Source: Candidatus Latescibacterota bacterium
Lineage (GTDB): Bacteria > Latescibacterota > UBA2968 > UBA8231
Assembly: GCA_965248265.1 (NCBI GenBank)
Contig: CBDFJF010000002.1
Coordinates: 1,056,001 to 1,120,000 of the forward strand
Reading direction: 5' to 3'
Length of the DNA stretch: 64,000 bases
The notes under the pieces are model-generated. The model worked only from the letters and a program-made list of their open reading frames with translations. It ran no database searches and was not told the DNA's origin. The position numbers and the translations under genes are program-made. Positions 49,499 through 59,450 of this stretch are shown here, in pieces (position 1 is the stretch's first letter; each line of letters begins with the position of its first letter).

Positions 49499-51405
49499 TT
49501 CGGGATCTCTCCCAAAACCAACTCATCCTCCAACTCCAATCCATGCTTGCCTACGGTTCCCGACGTCAGCCCGTAGTACGATTCAGCGCCCGCCACATCA
49601 TCCGCTAGAACCAATCGTCGTTTTCCCGACTCGATCGTCCAGGGGTCGTCAGAGGCAAGCGACCAGCGCTCCCCGTGGGAGAACAGGATGGTCCCGAGGG
49701 TGCGGACCACCGTCATCGCCGGACGGGGGTTACACCGGGTGTCGATCAGGCCGTGCGTGATGTCGTTGGTCCGGTCGAGGTCGGTCAGCGGGTCGATGAA
49801 CAGGCGCGCACCGGGAACGGTCGACAGAGTAAGGAGGGCCTGGGCCGCGCGTCGGGCGTTGTCGTCGTCGCTGACGCCGGGCAGGTCGATGGCGAAGTCG
49901 GCGCGCCCCGAGGTGGCCGCCGCACTGTTGTGCCAGACAAGGAGCGAATCGCCCGGCGCCACGCGGCAGAGGTTGCGGCCCCGGGAAAAGTTTTGAGTTG
50001 CCGCGTCGAGGCTCCAGCCGATGCTCGTGCGAGGTTGCTGCTTGCCGGCGACGACGAGGCCGGGGTCGATGGGACACAGGATCAGCGGCAGATCCATCTC
50101 GTCGATCGCCACGAAGGTGGCGGCATCCCGGGCTGCGAACTGGACCTCGAGGGCATCACATCGGCCGGCTAGGTCCGATACGGCACCGGTGACGTCGTCT
50201 GTCGTGGGAAACATGTGGTAGGCCGTGACGGAGATGCCCTTCGACCTGAGGATGTCAATCCGCTGGACCGGGTCCAGCGCCTCCTCGAGAGGAACTCGGA
50301 CGTGGCGGATACCCATCTCGAGGCACGACAGAAGTGGGTAGTCGTTGCGGACGGGCTGCTGTATGACCGACGGGAAGGCGACGGGGACCTTGCCGGCCGG
50401 GGACACAGGCCCCCTCAGCGTGATGCCGATGGGGGAGTTGGGGAGGGCCGCACTGGTGCGCGTGAGCAGGCGCGACCGTCCGTCGACGGTTTCGGCGCCG
50501 CTCGTTCTTATCGTGTGGACGTCCGTTCGTTCACCGACCGTTCGAACGAGGGTGAACCCGCACTTGGGTGTGTCGTCGCGTCCGTGCTCGGGCGGCGCGG
50601 CTGACGAGAACAGGTGCGAGAAACCGGGTCGCACGAAAGAGGGCGACGGCAGGATGCGGTAGTCCGTCGGGCCGATCCGGTGGGCAAACGCGAAGTGAAC
50701 GTGGCCGGCGAAGATGGTGTCGACCTCGCTGTTGCGGATCAGGTCGAGAAGCCAGGTTCGGTCGGGCTCGTCGATCACGTCGTAGTGACCGAGGCCCTGT
50801 TCCTTCCCGTCGAACAGGTACAGTGGGAGGTGAAGGCACACGAACGTGCGCCCGTCGGTTCGTTCTGATAGCCGCTCGGTGATCCACGTTCGCTGCTGGG
50901 CAGCGTCGGGCAGGTCCGTGTTGAGGATCTGGGAATTCAGGATCAGGATTCGGTGCGGACCGAGGTCGACGCGCTTCCAGGAGGGACCGCACCGGCCGTG
51001 GAACTTCCCGAGTGTTTCGCGAGTGACGTGATGGAACGGCATCGTCGGATCTGGCTTGTCGCCCACGTCGTGATTCCCAGCGACGTGGTGCGGAGCGAGG
51101 CCGGTGTCGCGGATCTGGCCAAGCGCCTCGTGGACCGCTCGGTCGAAGTCGGGCGTCTCGGGGTATTCCTGGACCAGGTCGCCCAGATGCACGACGGGAT
51201 CCACGCCCAGGGCCGCGACCAGGCGGAGTGCAACCCCGGCCCGGGCCGTCTGCTTCCGACGTGATTCGAACTCGAGCGGCGCATCTCCGACGTCGAGCAT
51301 GTAGTGCGTGTCGGAGATGACTACGAATTCGTGATCCGCCTCGGGCAGGTATCTTCGATCGAACAATCGACTCTCTTCCCGTAATCGAAAAGCGCCACCG
51401 ATCAT
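49495..51405 (-). CDS. Calcineurin-like metallophosphoesterase with C-terminal domain of unknown function (start uncertain)
   Basis: ISDTH, LGDLV, AGNHD, LH and FAGHVH. Confidence 0.8.
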   Translation of the reverse strand: MIGGAFRLREESRLFDRRYLPEADHEFVVISDTHYMLDVGDAPLEFESRRKQTARAGVALRLVAALGVDPVVHLGDLVQEYPETPDFDRAVHEALGQIRDTGLAPHHVAGNHDVGDKPDPTMPFHHVTRETLGKFHGRCGPSWKRVDLGPHRILILNSQILNTDLPDAAQQRTWITERLSERTDGRTFVCLHLPLYLFDGKEQGLGHYDVIDEPDRTWLLDLIRNSEVDTIFAGHVHFAFAHRIGPTDYRILPSPSFVRPGFSHLFSSAAPPEHGRDDTPKCGFTLVRTVGERTDVHTIRTSGAETVDGRSRLLTRTSAALPNSPIGITLRGPVSPAGKVPVAFPSVIQQPVRNDYPLLSCLEMGIRHVRVPLEEALDPVQRIDILRSKGISVTAYHMFPTTDDVTGAVSDLAGRCDALEVQFAARDAATFVAIDEMDLPLILCPIDPGLVVAGKQQPRTSIGWSLDAATQNFSRGRNLCRVAPGDSLLVWHNSAAATSGRADFAIDLPGVSDDDNARRAAQALLTLSTVPGARLFIDPLTDLDRTNDITHGLIDTRCNPRPAMTVVRTLGTILFSHGERWSLASDDPWTIESGKRRLVLADDVAGAESYYGLTSGTVGKHGLELEDELVLGEIPK

Positions 51406-51589
51406 CTGCGTGAAGCTCAGGTGGGCAGCAGAGGGGATACAGAGGCGCGGCACAACAAAATACGCACAGGATCCCCACGTCGGAAACCGTGGATGCGGAC
51501 ACGGCCTGACGGCACAGCTTGGAGATCACCGCGGCGTGCAATACCCTTTTCGTGGTCGCCACTTCATGAATCTGAATCACGAGGGACGG

Positions 51590-53581
51590 ATGACCATGGG
51601 GCAGGAGCGAAAGCAATACATCACCCAGGACGACCTGTTCAAATTCAACTACCTGTTGGGAGCACAGCTGTCTCCCGATGGCAGGAATGTCGTCTACGCA
51701 CTCGGCCACGAGGGCGTGGATGAAGACCGGGAGTACGCCTCGATCTGGGTGCTGGCGCTGGACACAGGTGCGACGCGCCGTCTGACCGATGGACGGGCGC
51801 ATGACACGAATCCGCAGTGGTCACCCGACGGCACGCGCATCGCTTTCCAGTCCTGCCGGGATGGTGTGACCCAGCTGTACCTCATGGCCGCGGAAGGTGG
51901 CGAGCCGTGGGCTGTGACTTCGATGAAGCAGGGAGTCGGCACCGGTCCGGCCTGGTCACCGGACGGCACGCGCCTCGCTTTTACCGCCGGTCCGGATGTC
52001 GATCCTCCCATACTGGACAAGCCCTACCGCGTCACCCGCCATATCTATCGCTTCTACCTGATGGGGTACCTGGAGGGCACCCTGCAGGATGTGTTCGTGA
52101 TCGCCGCGGATGGGGGGGAACCCACGCGGCTGACTCATGACGACTGGCACAACACGGGCCCGCAGTGGTCACCGGATGGACGCCAGATCCTGTTCAGCGC
52201 GACGATGGCCCCGGATGACCACCTGGCCTTTTACCCCAGGCTGAAGGCGGTCAGCCTGGAGGCTGAAGTCCGCGATATCACCTCCGATTGGGGCATCGTT
52301 TACTCCGCGAGCTGGTCGCCCGACAGCGCCCGCATCGTCTTCGTCGGTGTGCCCCGGGGACGGCCCATCAGCGCGAAGAGCGCGTTGTGGATCGTCGACC
52401 GTCAGGGAGGCGAGCCCGAGTGCCGCAGCGAAAACCTCACCTATCAGGTGGGAGGCCAGGTGCAGCCGGACATGGTCGCTCTGCTGGGCAACTGGTTCGT
52501 GCCGAGAATCCTGGTGACGGACGACGGTGAGCAGGCCTACGTGCGGGTGCAGCGGGGCGGCGCGCTGTCAATCTACCGCATCGGTCTGACGGGACCCGAG
52601 TCCTGGGCTCCCGTGTTTGAAGGGGAGCGCTCGTGCTTCGCCCTGAATCTCCACGACGGACAGCTGCTCTTCGGCGCCAGCACCCTCAACAACCCCGCCG
52701 ACCTGTACCTCGCCGCCGCCGACGGCTCGAACGAGCGGCGCCTCACCGATCTCAATGCCGAGCTGCTGGCCGAGAGGGATCTCCTCAAGGTCGAGCGGTT
52801 GTTGTACCCCAGCTCTGATGGAGTCCAGGTGGAGGGCTGGATCCTCACGCCGCCCACGGGCGAGGCCCCGTACCCGACCATTCTGTACGGTCACGGCGGT
52901 CCGCGCTCCGCCTGGGGTCACCTGTTCTCCTTCGACTTTCAGATGCTGGCCGGTGCCGGTTACGCCGTGCTGATCATCAACCAGCGGGGATCGACGGGAT
53001 ACGGAGAGGAGTTCGGCCACCGACTGATCGGTGACTGGGGCCATCTGGACTACGACGATTTGATGGCGGGTGTCGACTTCGTTATCGACAAGGGCATCGC
53101 CGATCCCGATCGCCTGGGGGTGTGCGGTCTCTCCGGTGGCGGTATCCTGACCTGTTGGATCATCGGGCAGACCGATCGTTTCAAAGCGGCCGTCCCCGAG
53201 AACCCGATCACGAACATGACCAGCCACTACGGGACCAGCGACATCGGCACGTGGTATGCCGTAGGGGAGATGGGGGGTCTGCCCTGGGAGATCCCGGAGG
53301 TGTACCGGCGCAGCTCGGCCATCACCTACGCCCACCGCTGCAAGACACCGACCCTGCTGATTCAGAGCGAAGCCGACTACCGCTGCCCGCTGGAGCAGGG
53401 CGAGCAGTTCTACACAGCTCTAAAGGCCAACGGCTGCACCGTCGAGATGCTGCGCATGCCGGGAGCCGACCACACCGCATCCATTCTGGGCCCGCCGGTT
53501 TATCGCCGCGCCCAGAATGAGGCCCTCCTGGACTGGATGAACCGCTACGTGCTGGGTGACAACGACGGAAGAGAACACTGA
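51590..53581 (+). CDS. S9-family peptidase (acylaminoacyl peptidase-like, PD40 repeats)
   Basis: WSPDG repeats, HGGP, GLSGGG, D in EADYRC and H in ADHT. Confidence 0.9.
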   Translation: MTMGQERKQYITQDDLFKFNYLLGAQLSPDGRNVVYALGHEGVDEDREYASIWVLALDTGATRRLTDGRAHDTNPQWSPDGTRIAFQSCRDGVTQLYLMAAEGGEPWAVTSMKQGVGTGPAWSPDGTRLAFTAGPDVDPPILDKPYRVTRHIYRFYLMGYLEGTLQDVFVIAADGGEPTRLTHDDWHNTGPQWSPDGRQILFSATMAPDDHLAFYPRLKAVSLEAEVRDITSDWGIVYSASWSPDSARIVFVGVPRGRPISAKSALWIVDRQGGEPECRSENLTYQVGGQVQPDMVALLGNWFVPRILVTDDGEQAYVRVQRGGALSIYRIGLTGPESWAPVFEGERSCFALNLHDGQLLFGASTLNNPADLYLAAADGSNERRLTDLNAELLAERDLLKVERLLYPSSDGVQVEGWILTPPTGEAPYPTILYGHGGPRSAWGHLFSFDFQMLAGAGYAVLIINQRGSTGYGEEFGHRLIGDWGHLDYDDLMAGVDFVIDKGIADPDRLGVCGLSGGGILTCWIIGQTDRFKAAVPENPITNMTSHYGTSDIGTWYAVGEMGGLPWEIPEVYRRSSAITYAHRCKTPTLLIQSEADYRCPLEQGEQFYTALKANGCTVEMLRMPGADHTASILGPPVYRRAQNEALLDWMNRYVLGDNDGREH

Positions 53582-53595
53582 TCCAAGCGGCGCCG

Positions 53596-53934
53596 TCACG
53601 GCCGGACCCTGACGAGCCTCTGCAGAAGCACCTCCTCGATGTCCCGGCGGCCGTCGAAGACCGCGAGCACCGTGACGCGGTCATCATCGACACGATACAT
53701 CATTCGGTAGGGTCGAACGACAAGCTCGCGGAATGTTTGGATCCCGAGCCCGGCCAACTCGGGGACAACACGGCCACGCTCCGGCGACTTTTCGAGTCGG
53801 GCAGCCCGCTCTCTGAGCTTGCGCAACACTTTCCTCGCGGTGACCGGCGAGTCAGCAGCTACGTAGGCGACGAGCTCCTCCAGGTCATGGGCCGCAGCGC
53901 GTGCCCAGATCACGAGGTAGCGTCGCTCAGGCAT
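53596..53934 (-). CDS. RelE/ParE-family toxin
   Basis: VIWARAAAHDLEE..PERGRVVPE..RELVVRPYRMMYRV..VLAVFDGRR. Confidence 0.9.
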   Translation of the reverse strand: MPERRYLVIWARAAAHDLEELVAYVAADSPVTARKVLRKLRERAARLEKSPERGRVVPELAGLGIQTFRELVVRPYRMMYRVDDDRVTVLAVFDGRRDIEEVLLQRLVRVRP

Positions 53935-54214
53935 CGTGATCCGCTCTCGTAATCGTCTCCTCGGCGGCGTCGAACGCCTCTTCCTGGGGAATGGTGTGGC
54001 CAGCGTCGACGTCGGCCTGAGCGTGCGCTGCCAACCTCAGCAAGGCCATTGCCTTGCGCCAGGCGTCGTAAGTCTCCACCCCCATCACGGCAACCTTGGC
54101 CTCCCCGTTCTGGGTGATTATCACGGTGTTGCCGCTCTCCGAAACCTGGCTCACGAGATCGGCTGTCTTGTTCTTCAGATACGTAATCGGCTTGATCTGC
54201 GCCGTGAAATCCAT
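53927..54214 (-). CDS. Phd/YefM-family antitoxin
   Basis: IKPITYLKNKTADLV..VIITQNGEAKVAVM, with GGAGG RBS. Overlaps the toxin. Confidence 0.9.
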   Translation of the reverse strand: MDFTAQIKPITYLKNKTADLVSQVSESGNTVIITQNGEAKVAVMGVETYDAWRKAMALLRLAAHAQADVDAGHTIPQEEAFDAAEETITRADHDA

Positions 54215-54233
54215 GGACACCTCCCTCGAGTAT

Positions 54234-54267
54234 ATAGGTCAGAATATAGCACGTAATTATGACCTAT
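54234..54267. promoter_or_regulatory. Inverted repeat upstream of the antitoxin (putative operator)
   Basis: ATAGGTCA-N18-TGACCTAT in an AT-rich patch. Confidence 0.55.
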
Positions 54268-54309
54268 GCAAAACCGGCAACGTATCATCCGGCGCAGGAC
54301 CCGATCACG

Positions 54310-54498
54310 AGGGGCGTGCTGTCGCAGCGGGCAAGACCCACGAGGTTTCCAAGAAAGAGTTTGCACAACACACGATGTTAAAAAGGCCAGGGACTCCACG
54401 GGAGATTGCCGCGTGAGTTCTGTTCCTGGCTTCTGACGAGGCGTCATTCGTCACCGGCTCCTGCCTGTTTGCCGACGGTGGCCAGACGGCTATGTAAA
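54310..54498 (+). pseudogene. SDR C-terminal remnant with in-frame TGA
   Basis: [35 protein letters not shown]. Confidence 0.75.
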
Positions 54499-55464
54499 GA
54501 AAATTGGATTCGACCAGGCATATCCGTCTTCTCCATCCCAGATTTCGACGCGGAAATACCGTCCCACCGGCATCTCCTCACTGATGCTGCCGTGTTCCCG
54601 CAATCCCGCGACGAGTCCCGCTGCCCGTTCCGGCGTTGCCACGCGTCCAAGCGACACGGTCGCCCCATCCAGCAGCTCCCCGGGTGGAGCCACCTGCCGA
54701 GTCCCCATCCACGGCAACGAGGCGAAGGTGATGGAGCGGACCGGCGACGTGGTCACGCGAATCTCTCCATCCGCGATGGTGACATCCTCGAATACTGGGC
54801 CGGTTGTTGAATAGAACATCCCTTTTTTCATGGCATCGAGGATAGCGGGCCGGCTGCAGTCCGTGGCGCGGACGACAACCCAGGCTTTGAAACGGTCGAA
54901 ATCCCGTTTGTCGGGCGCGCCCGGCAGGTCGCCGCTGTGGCGGTCGTCGGAGGCCAGACCCAGGACCCGCTGACCCACCGAGAGTAGGTCGTCCCAGTGC
55001 GTTTGCGCGAAACCGCGACGTCCCGAGCCGTGGCAATAGGCGTTGTAGACCTCTATTCCAGCAATGCCTTCCAACTCCATCATCTTGCCCGAATAGACCC
55101 CGCTCATGTGCGGATGAGAGATCACTGGCATCCCCCCTTTTTCCAGCACATCATCGATCACCTGCTGCGGATGCACATAGGAACGCCACACCTCGTCGAT
55201 TCCCAGGCTGCAGACTTCCATGGCAAAGGTGCCGTCGCAACAGACCGCGATCTCCGCTCCGGGGATAACCAGCATCGTGGCAGCCCGGCTCTGTGACACA
55301 TCCGCCACCACATTGTGATCGGTGATGACCAGAAAGTCGTAGCCGCGGTCCTCATATTCCCGGGTCAATTCAGCGACGGACAGCTTGCCATCAGACGTTG
55401 TCGTGTGGGAATGCGTATTGCCGCGATACCAATCGCCCGTGGCTGAAAATGGGTTGCCTTCCAT
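54490..55464 (-). CDS. PHP-domain (CehA/McbA-like) metallohydrolase
   Basis: GNTHSHTTTSDG, ITDHN, SHP, IEVYN, SDDRH and AWSNPIF. Confidence 0.85.
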   Translation of the reverse strand: MEGNPFSATGDWYRGNTHSHTTTSDGKLSVAELTREYEDRGYDFLVITDHNVVADVSQSRAATMLVIPGAEIAVCCDGTFAMEVCSLGIDEVWRSYVHPQQVIDDVLEKGGMPVISHPHMSGVYSGKMMELEGIAGIEVYNAYCHGSGRRGFAQTHWDDLLSVGQRVLGLASDDRHSGDLPGAPDKRDFDRFKAWVVVRATDCSRPAILDAMKKGMFYSTTGPVFEDVTIADGEIRVTTSPVRSITFASLPWMGTRQVAPPGELLDGATVSLGRVATPERAAGLVAGLREHGSISEEMPVGRYFRVEIWDGEDGYAWSNPIFFT

Positions 55465-55465
55465 C

Positions 55466-56331
55466 CTATTTACGTGCCTGCCAGGCACGCACAAAGCCAT
55501 CCTTTGCCCGTCGCACCATCGTCAGCGGATCGAGCTTCCAGAGGGAGTCGGGATAATTTGCTTCGAAGGTACCGTCGTCGGAGAAGATCTCAAGATCGTA
55601 CCACCCGTCAAAACCGCCAGCTTCCAAGGCGCCAAGGAGTGCCGGCAAGTCCATGGCCCCTTCACCGGGCAGCGCTCGATCCGCCCAGCCGCGGGTAGGC
55701 TCACGCCAATCGTTGATATGGATGACACTGCCGAAGCGGCCCACGTGCTCTCGAATCTGCCGCAGAATGTCCGGTTGGTCCCAATGATGGTAGAGGTCGA
55801 ACAGGATGCTGACATTGGGTTGGTCAATCTGATCGATCAACTCGATCGTCTGCGCCAGGTTGGTGATGATGGTCTTGTCACCCAGCACCTTGGGATGTAG
55901 TGGCTCAACGGCGATTTGAATCCCCAATTCGCCCGCCGTCTGTGCCGCCTTGCGCAAGCCGTCAGCCGCGATGCGCCGCGCTTCATCGAGCGGCAACTTA
56001 CCCTTCGACCCGGGCAGGCACCCGATCGCAAGCGGATCGAACGGAGCCAGGCGGCGAATCCCCGCGCACATCGCCTCGACTCTCCCATCCACATCTGTCG
56101 GCCCACCGAACCCGCTGGGAAGCACCTCGACTACCGATGGGCGCACAAGGTTGCCTGCAGGCCACTGGCGCGCAACTGGTCCAACGATTCGCCGTCGCGG
56201 CCTTCGGGTAGCTTGAACTCCCAGATCCCGACGCCGCCGGCTCCCGCTTCGCGGTAGACGGCCAGATCTTCCTGGAAGGTGAGGTGATAGGTAGTCACTT
56301 CTGAGACCGAAAATTTTGGTTCATTACACAT
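55466..56331 (-). pseudogene. Sugar phosphate isomerase/epimerase (xylose-isomerase-like TIM barrel), frameshifted near 56140
   Basis: ORF 56331-56131 (FSVSEVTT..GVGIWE) continues in another frame with AVEPLHP, FDLYH, HINDW, PGEG and DLEIFS. Confidence 0.75.
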
Positions 56332-56377
56332 CAGGGCACCTCAAATCAAACACAGGGTTAGATGTGGCCTAATGGCA

Positions 56378-57211
56378 TCACGCGTTCCGGTCTGCCCGCA
56401 GCTGGTCGTAGATTTCCGGTCGGCGGAAATGTCTGAAGAAGCCGTCGGCGAAGGCGCGTGCGTTCGCCAGATCGTCCGCCTTGAGGTCGGTGACGACGAT
56501 CTCTTCGCTGGTGGTGGAAGACTCGGCTATGACCTCGCCGCGAGGATTGCAGATGAAGGATCCACCGGAAAAGATCTTGCCCGTGCCGTTGTCTCCCACC
56601 TGGTTGCATACCGCTACGTAAACCGTGTTGTCGAGGGCGCGGGCCGGAATAAAGCGCAGCCATCCCGCTTTCTTGTCAGCCGCAGATGCCCCCACTCCGG
56701 ATGAGTGCGGCAGAAAGAGGATCTCGGCACCGCGTTCGGCCAGGATGGAGCTGACCTCAGGGAAGTGAGCATCATAGCAGATTTCGATGCCGTAACGGAC
56801 TTTGGGGTGCTCGAAGGCCGGTATATCGCTGCCGCAGCTCCAGGTGCTGATCTCACTGGTGGGAACGTGTGTCTTGCGGTAGTTGCCGACCATACCTTGC
56901 GGGCCGAAGACCACCTGGGTGTTGTAGACGATGCCGCTGACGTCCCGTTCCAGCAGGCCGGCCATGAAGGTGATGCCGAGGCGTCGGCCGATGCCGACCA
57001 GGGCTTCGGTAGACGGTCCGGGGATCGGTTCCGGGGTCGATGCGGCAGGGTCTCCGGCAGTGTAACCCTGAACCGAGAGCTCGGGGAAGCAGACCAGGTC
57101 GACCCGGTCGGCCGCCGCATCGCTCAGGAATTGCTCCATCCTGGCGATGTTTCCCTCCGCCTCGCCGACGCGGCAGGTCATCTGTACTACGGCAATACGT
57201 ACATCCTGCAT
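56378..57211 (-). CDS. Carbon-nitrogen hydrolase (nitrilase superfamily)
   Basis: Catalytic E-K-C in FPEL, YRKTH and EICYD, plus ARALDN. Confidence 0.9.
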   Translation of the reverse strand: MQDVRIAVVQMTCRVGEAEGNIARMEQFLSDAAADRVDLVCFPELSVQGYTAGDPAASTPEPIPGPSTEALVGIGRRLGITFMAGLLERDVSGIVYNTQVVFGPQGMVGNYRKTHVPTSEISTWSCGSDIPAFEHPKVRYGIEICYDAHFPEVSSILAERGAEILFLPHSSGVGASAADKKAGWLRFIPARALDNTVYVAVCNQVGDNGTGKIFSGGSFICNPRGEVIAESSTTSEEIVVTDLKADDLANARAFADGFFRHFRRPEIYDQLRADRNA

Positions 57212-57235
57212 GCGAATTTTCCTACCCAGGCCGGC

Positions 57236-58816
57236 TCAATGGGGCGGCGTCTCTTGCACAGCGCCAAACCAATAGGAGTATATGGAGGCGTCATTCAGGT
57301 TAAAGCGCAGCTGCACCGGTTGGTTGACCAGGGCCGCCAGGTCGCCGGTCCGCCACTGTACGGGATAGCGCCCACGATCTCCTTTGATGGGCCTTGACTC
57401 GGCAACCGTGCTGCCTGACTTATCCAGCACCTCCACCTGTACCGACCCACCGGCCGCATCGAGGTTGATGAACAACCATGGACTCTGCGGCAGAAATGAT
57501 TCCGTCAGTAGTGCTCCCCCGTCGGGGCCGGCATCCAGCGAGATGAAACCGTCCCGCCTGAGCACGGCCAAGCAGGCGGCGCTGCGCTTGGGTTCCGGGT
57601 CGGCAGGCTCCTGGCGATATCGCGAACCATTATAATAGAACCACAGCTCCTCATTCTTCAGAATCGCATTGGAAGGCGGCATGATCCCGTTGCGATCGTA
57701 TGCCCCTGATTCGATCGTGGACGGACCGATGAAGGCCTCGCGTTTGCCCAGTCGGTTCCAGTTGTGCAGATCACGGCTCGAGGTCAGCTGCACCAGGTGG
57801 AACCCATCGGAATTCTCGTCTACGTCACCGGTGTGATGGAAGAATGCGGGCAATCCGATATAAAGGCCTTCGTAGCGGAATACCCCCATGTTGTAGACAT
57901 CGACGAAATACTCCTCGGGCACATTGAAAATCGGCTGGTTGAGTGAAGGATCGTCCAGCCGCGCGGCGATCACCTCTCGATTGAGTTCCTGGTCCCGCTC
58001 ATCCGCGTGAAAAACCAGCTCCGGATGTGTCCAGTGCTCGAAGTCCATGCCGGTGGCCAGGGCTATGGAACGGCCGTATGGGCCCATCTCCCCTTCTTTC
58101 AAGGTGGCGATGAAGGTCCCCGTCTCTTCGTCCAGACTGAAATTACCCTCGTCACCACAGGGCAGTCCGGGGCAGTCCAGCAGGCGCCAGTGAATGCCGT
58201 CGGCACTCACGACCAGATCTCGTGTCTGATAACGGCCCATGCCTTCAAAGCGCTCGTTCTCCGGGGCGTCCTGCCGTTCGCTGACCCGGATCACCCAGCT
58301 CAGCTGGTACTGGCGCGGATTGTCGAGCACATGCCCCTGGGGAAATGCCAGGCGCCACGGGTTGTGAGTGAGCTTCCAGTGTTGGGAGATGGGGCTCACC
58401 ATGCGCTCCGAGGATCCGCGCAAGTGGAGGGCCTTGTAACGCCGTGACGGATCCGGGTCGGTGGGATCGAAAACCACCTGCATGCCGCACGGGCCCGCCA
58501 CCAGACCATTCTCCAGCGAGCCTTTGTGCTCCCGCACCCGCAGCACCGGACGTTCCCAGTTGACCCCGTCGGTGCTTTGCGCCAGCCCGATACCTCCCTC
58601 ACACATGATCCAGAGTTTGTAGCAGCCGGCCTGAGCGTCCCACGCCGGAGCGCCACGGATCTGAATGTAGCGTTCGTCGTCTTGCGGCTCGATCACCGCA
58701 CCTTTCTTTTCGGGCTGGTGCATGGTGCGCTGGAGGCGTTGGGTCTCGGCGATACCGTGATCGTCCAGAAAGAGCTGTCGCTGACCGACCGGAACTTGGA
58801 AGGGCTTGCTAGTCAT
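57236..58816 (-). CDS. Uncharacterised beta-propeller (GH32/GH43-like) protein, paralog 4
   Basis: QLFLDD, AQSTDGVNWERP, DPSRRYK, SADGIHW, SRDLHNW, LRRDGF and PVQLRF..IYSYW. Confidence 0.75.
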   Translation of the reverse strand: MTSKPFQVPVGQRQLFLDDHGIAETQRLQRTMHQPEKKGAVIEPQDDERYIQIRGAPAWDAQAGCYKLWIMCEGGIGLAQSTDGVNWERPVLRVREHKGSLENGLVAGPCGMQVVFDPTDPDPSRRYKALHLRGSSERMVSPISQHWKLTHNPWRLAFPQGHVLDNPRQYQLSWVIRVSERQDAPENERFEGMGRYQTRDLVVSADGIHWRLLDCPGLPCGDEGNFSLDEETGTFIATLKEGEMGPYGRSIALATGMDFEHWTHPELVFHADERDQELNREVIAARLDDPSLNQPIFNVPEEYFVDVYNMGVFRYEGLYIGLPAFFHHTGDVDENSDGFHLVQLTSSRDLHNWNRLGKREAFIGPSTIESGAYDRNGIMPPSNAILKNEELWFYYNGSRYRQEPADPEPKRSAACLAVLRRDGFISLDAGPDGGALLTESFLPQSPWLFINLDAAGGSVQVEVLDKSGSTVAESRPIKGDRGRYPVQWRTGDLAALVNQPVQLRFNLNDASIYSYWFGAVQETPPH

Positions 58817-58882
58817 GTGGGAATCTCCATGCGTTCAGGTACTGTCACGAATCGTGTCGGGCCGCTGCAGGATTCGCTTGCC

Positions 58883-59275
58883 TTACCGCACCTTCAGCCA
58901 GCTCGCCTGCTTCGATGCCCCACTCGGCGGAGGGCTGAAGATGTAGTAATAGACCAAATCTTCGTCACCGTTGTTGAAGGACTGATGATGCACGTTGGCG
59001 GGGATAAAGACCGTCATGCCCTGCCGAACTGTGTATTCTTCATCCCCCAGTACCAGTTTTCCCTCACCGCTGACGACGTAGTAAATCTCGTCTGCAACAG
59101 GGTGTATGTCTGGTTCAGACTCATGGCCGGGATACAGCCGCCACAGGCCGGTCACCATCACTTCGGACCCACAAGAATCGTGAGTAATCAGCGGCGTCAC
59201 ACAGCGGGACGCATTCTGCGCTTCCCACATTGGAAGGTGCTCGTGCTCAATAATGCAGTTGGCATACTTCGACAT
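58883..59275 (-). CDS. Cupin-domain protein
   Basis: HPVADEIYYVVSGEG..GMTVFIPANVHH. Confidence 0.85.
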   Translation of the reverse strand: MSKYANCIIEHEHLPMWEAQNASRCVTPLITHDSCGSEVMVTGLWRLYPGHESEPDIHPVADEIYYVVSGEGKLVLGDEEYTVRQGMTVFIPANVHHQSFNNGDEDLVYYYIFSPPPSGASKQASWLKVR

Positions 59276-59321
59276 CGTGATTTCCTCGACCTCTTGCGGG
59301 CCAGTTAGTCAGATACTGATT

Positions 59322-59450
59322 GTATAGGAACGATACACGGCCAAAAGAGATAGTCTAGATTGCCTGGGGCCTGAAGTCGAGCGGAACTTGGGGCTGGTTG
59401 GGTGTTTCGCGGGGCTCAGCCGGCCCGTACCGGGTGTTTTCCGGCTGAGT
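59322..59450 (-). mobile_element. Orphan IS91/ISCR-like oriIS end with outward-facing promoter candidate
   Basis: Minus strand ends GGCCGTGTATCGTTCCTATAC, compared with the ISCR oriIS as recalled (GCGTTTGAACTTCCTATAC). Preceded by TCGACT-N17-TAGACT and a CTCAGCCGG/CCGGCTGAG stem. Confidence 0.4.

Noticed and set aside
54414-54416. In-frame TGA in the SDR fragment as recoding or selenocysteine
   Set aside because: The position is non-catalytic, the gene is a headless remnant, and TGA terminates many intact genes here.
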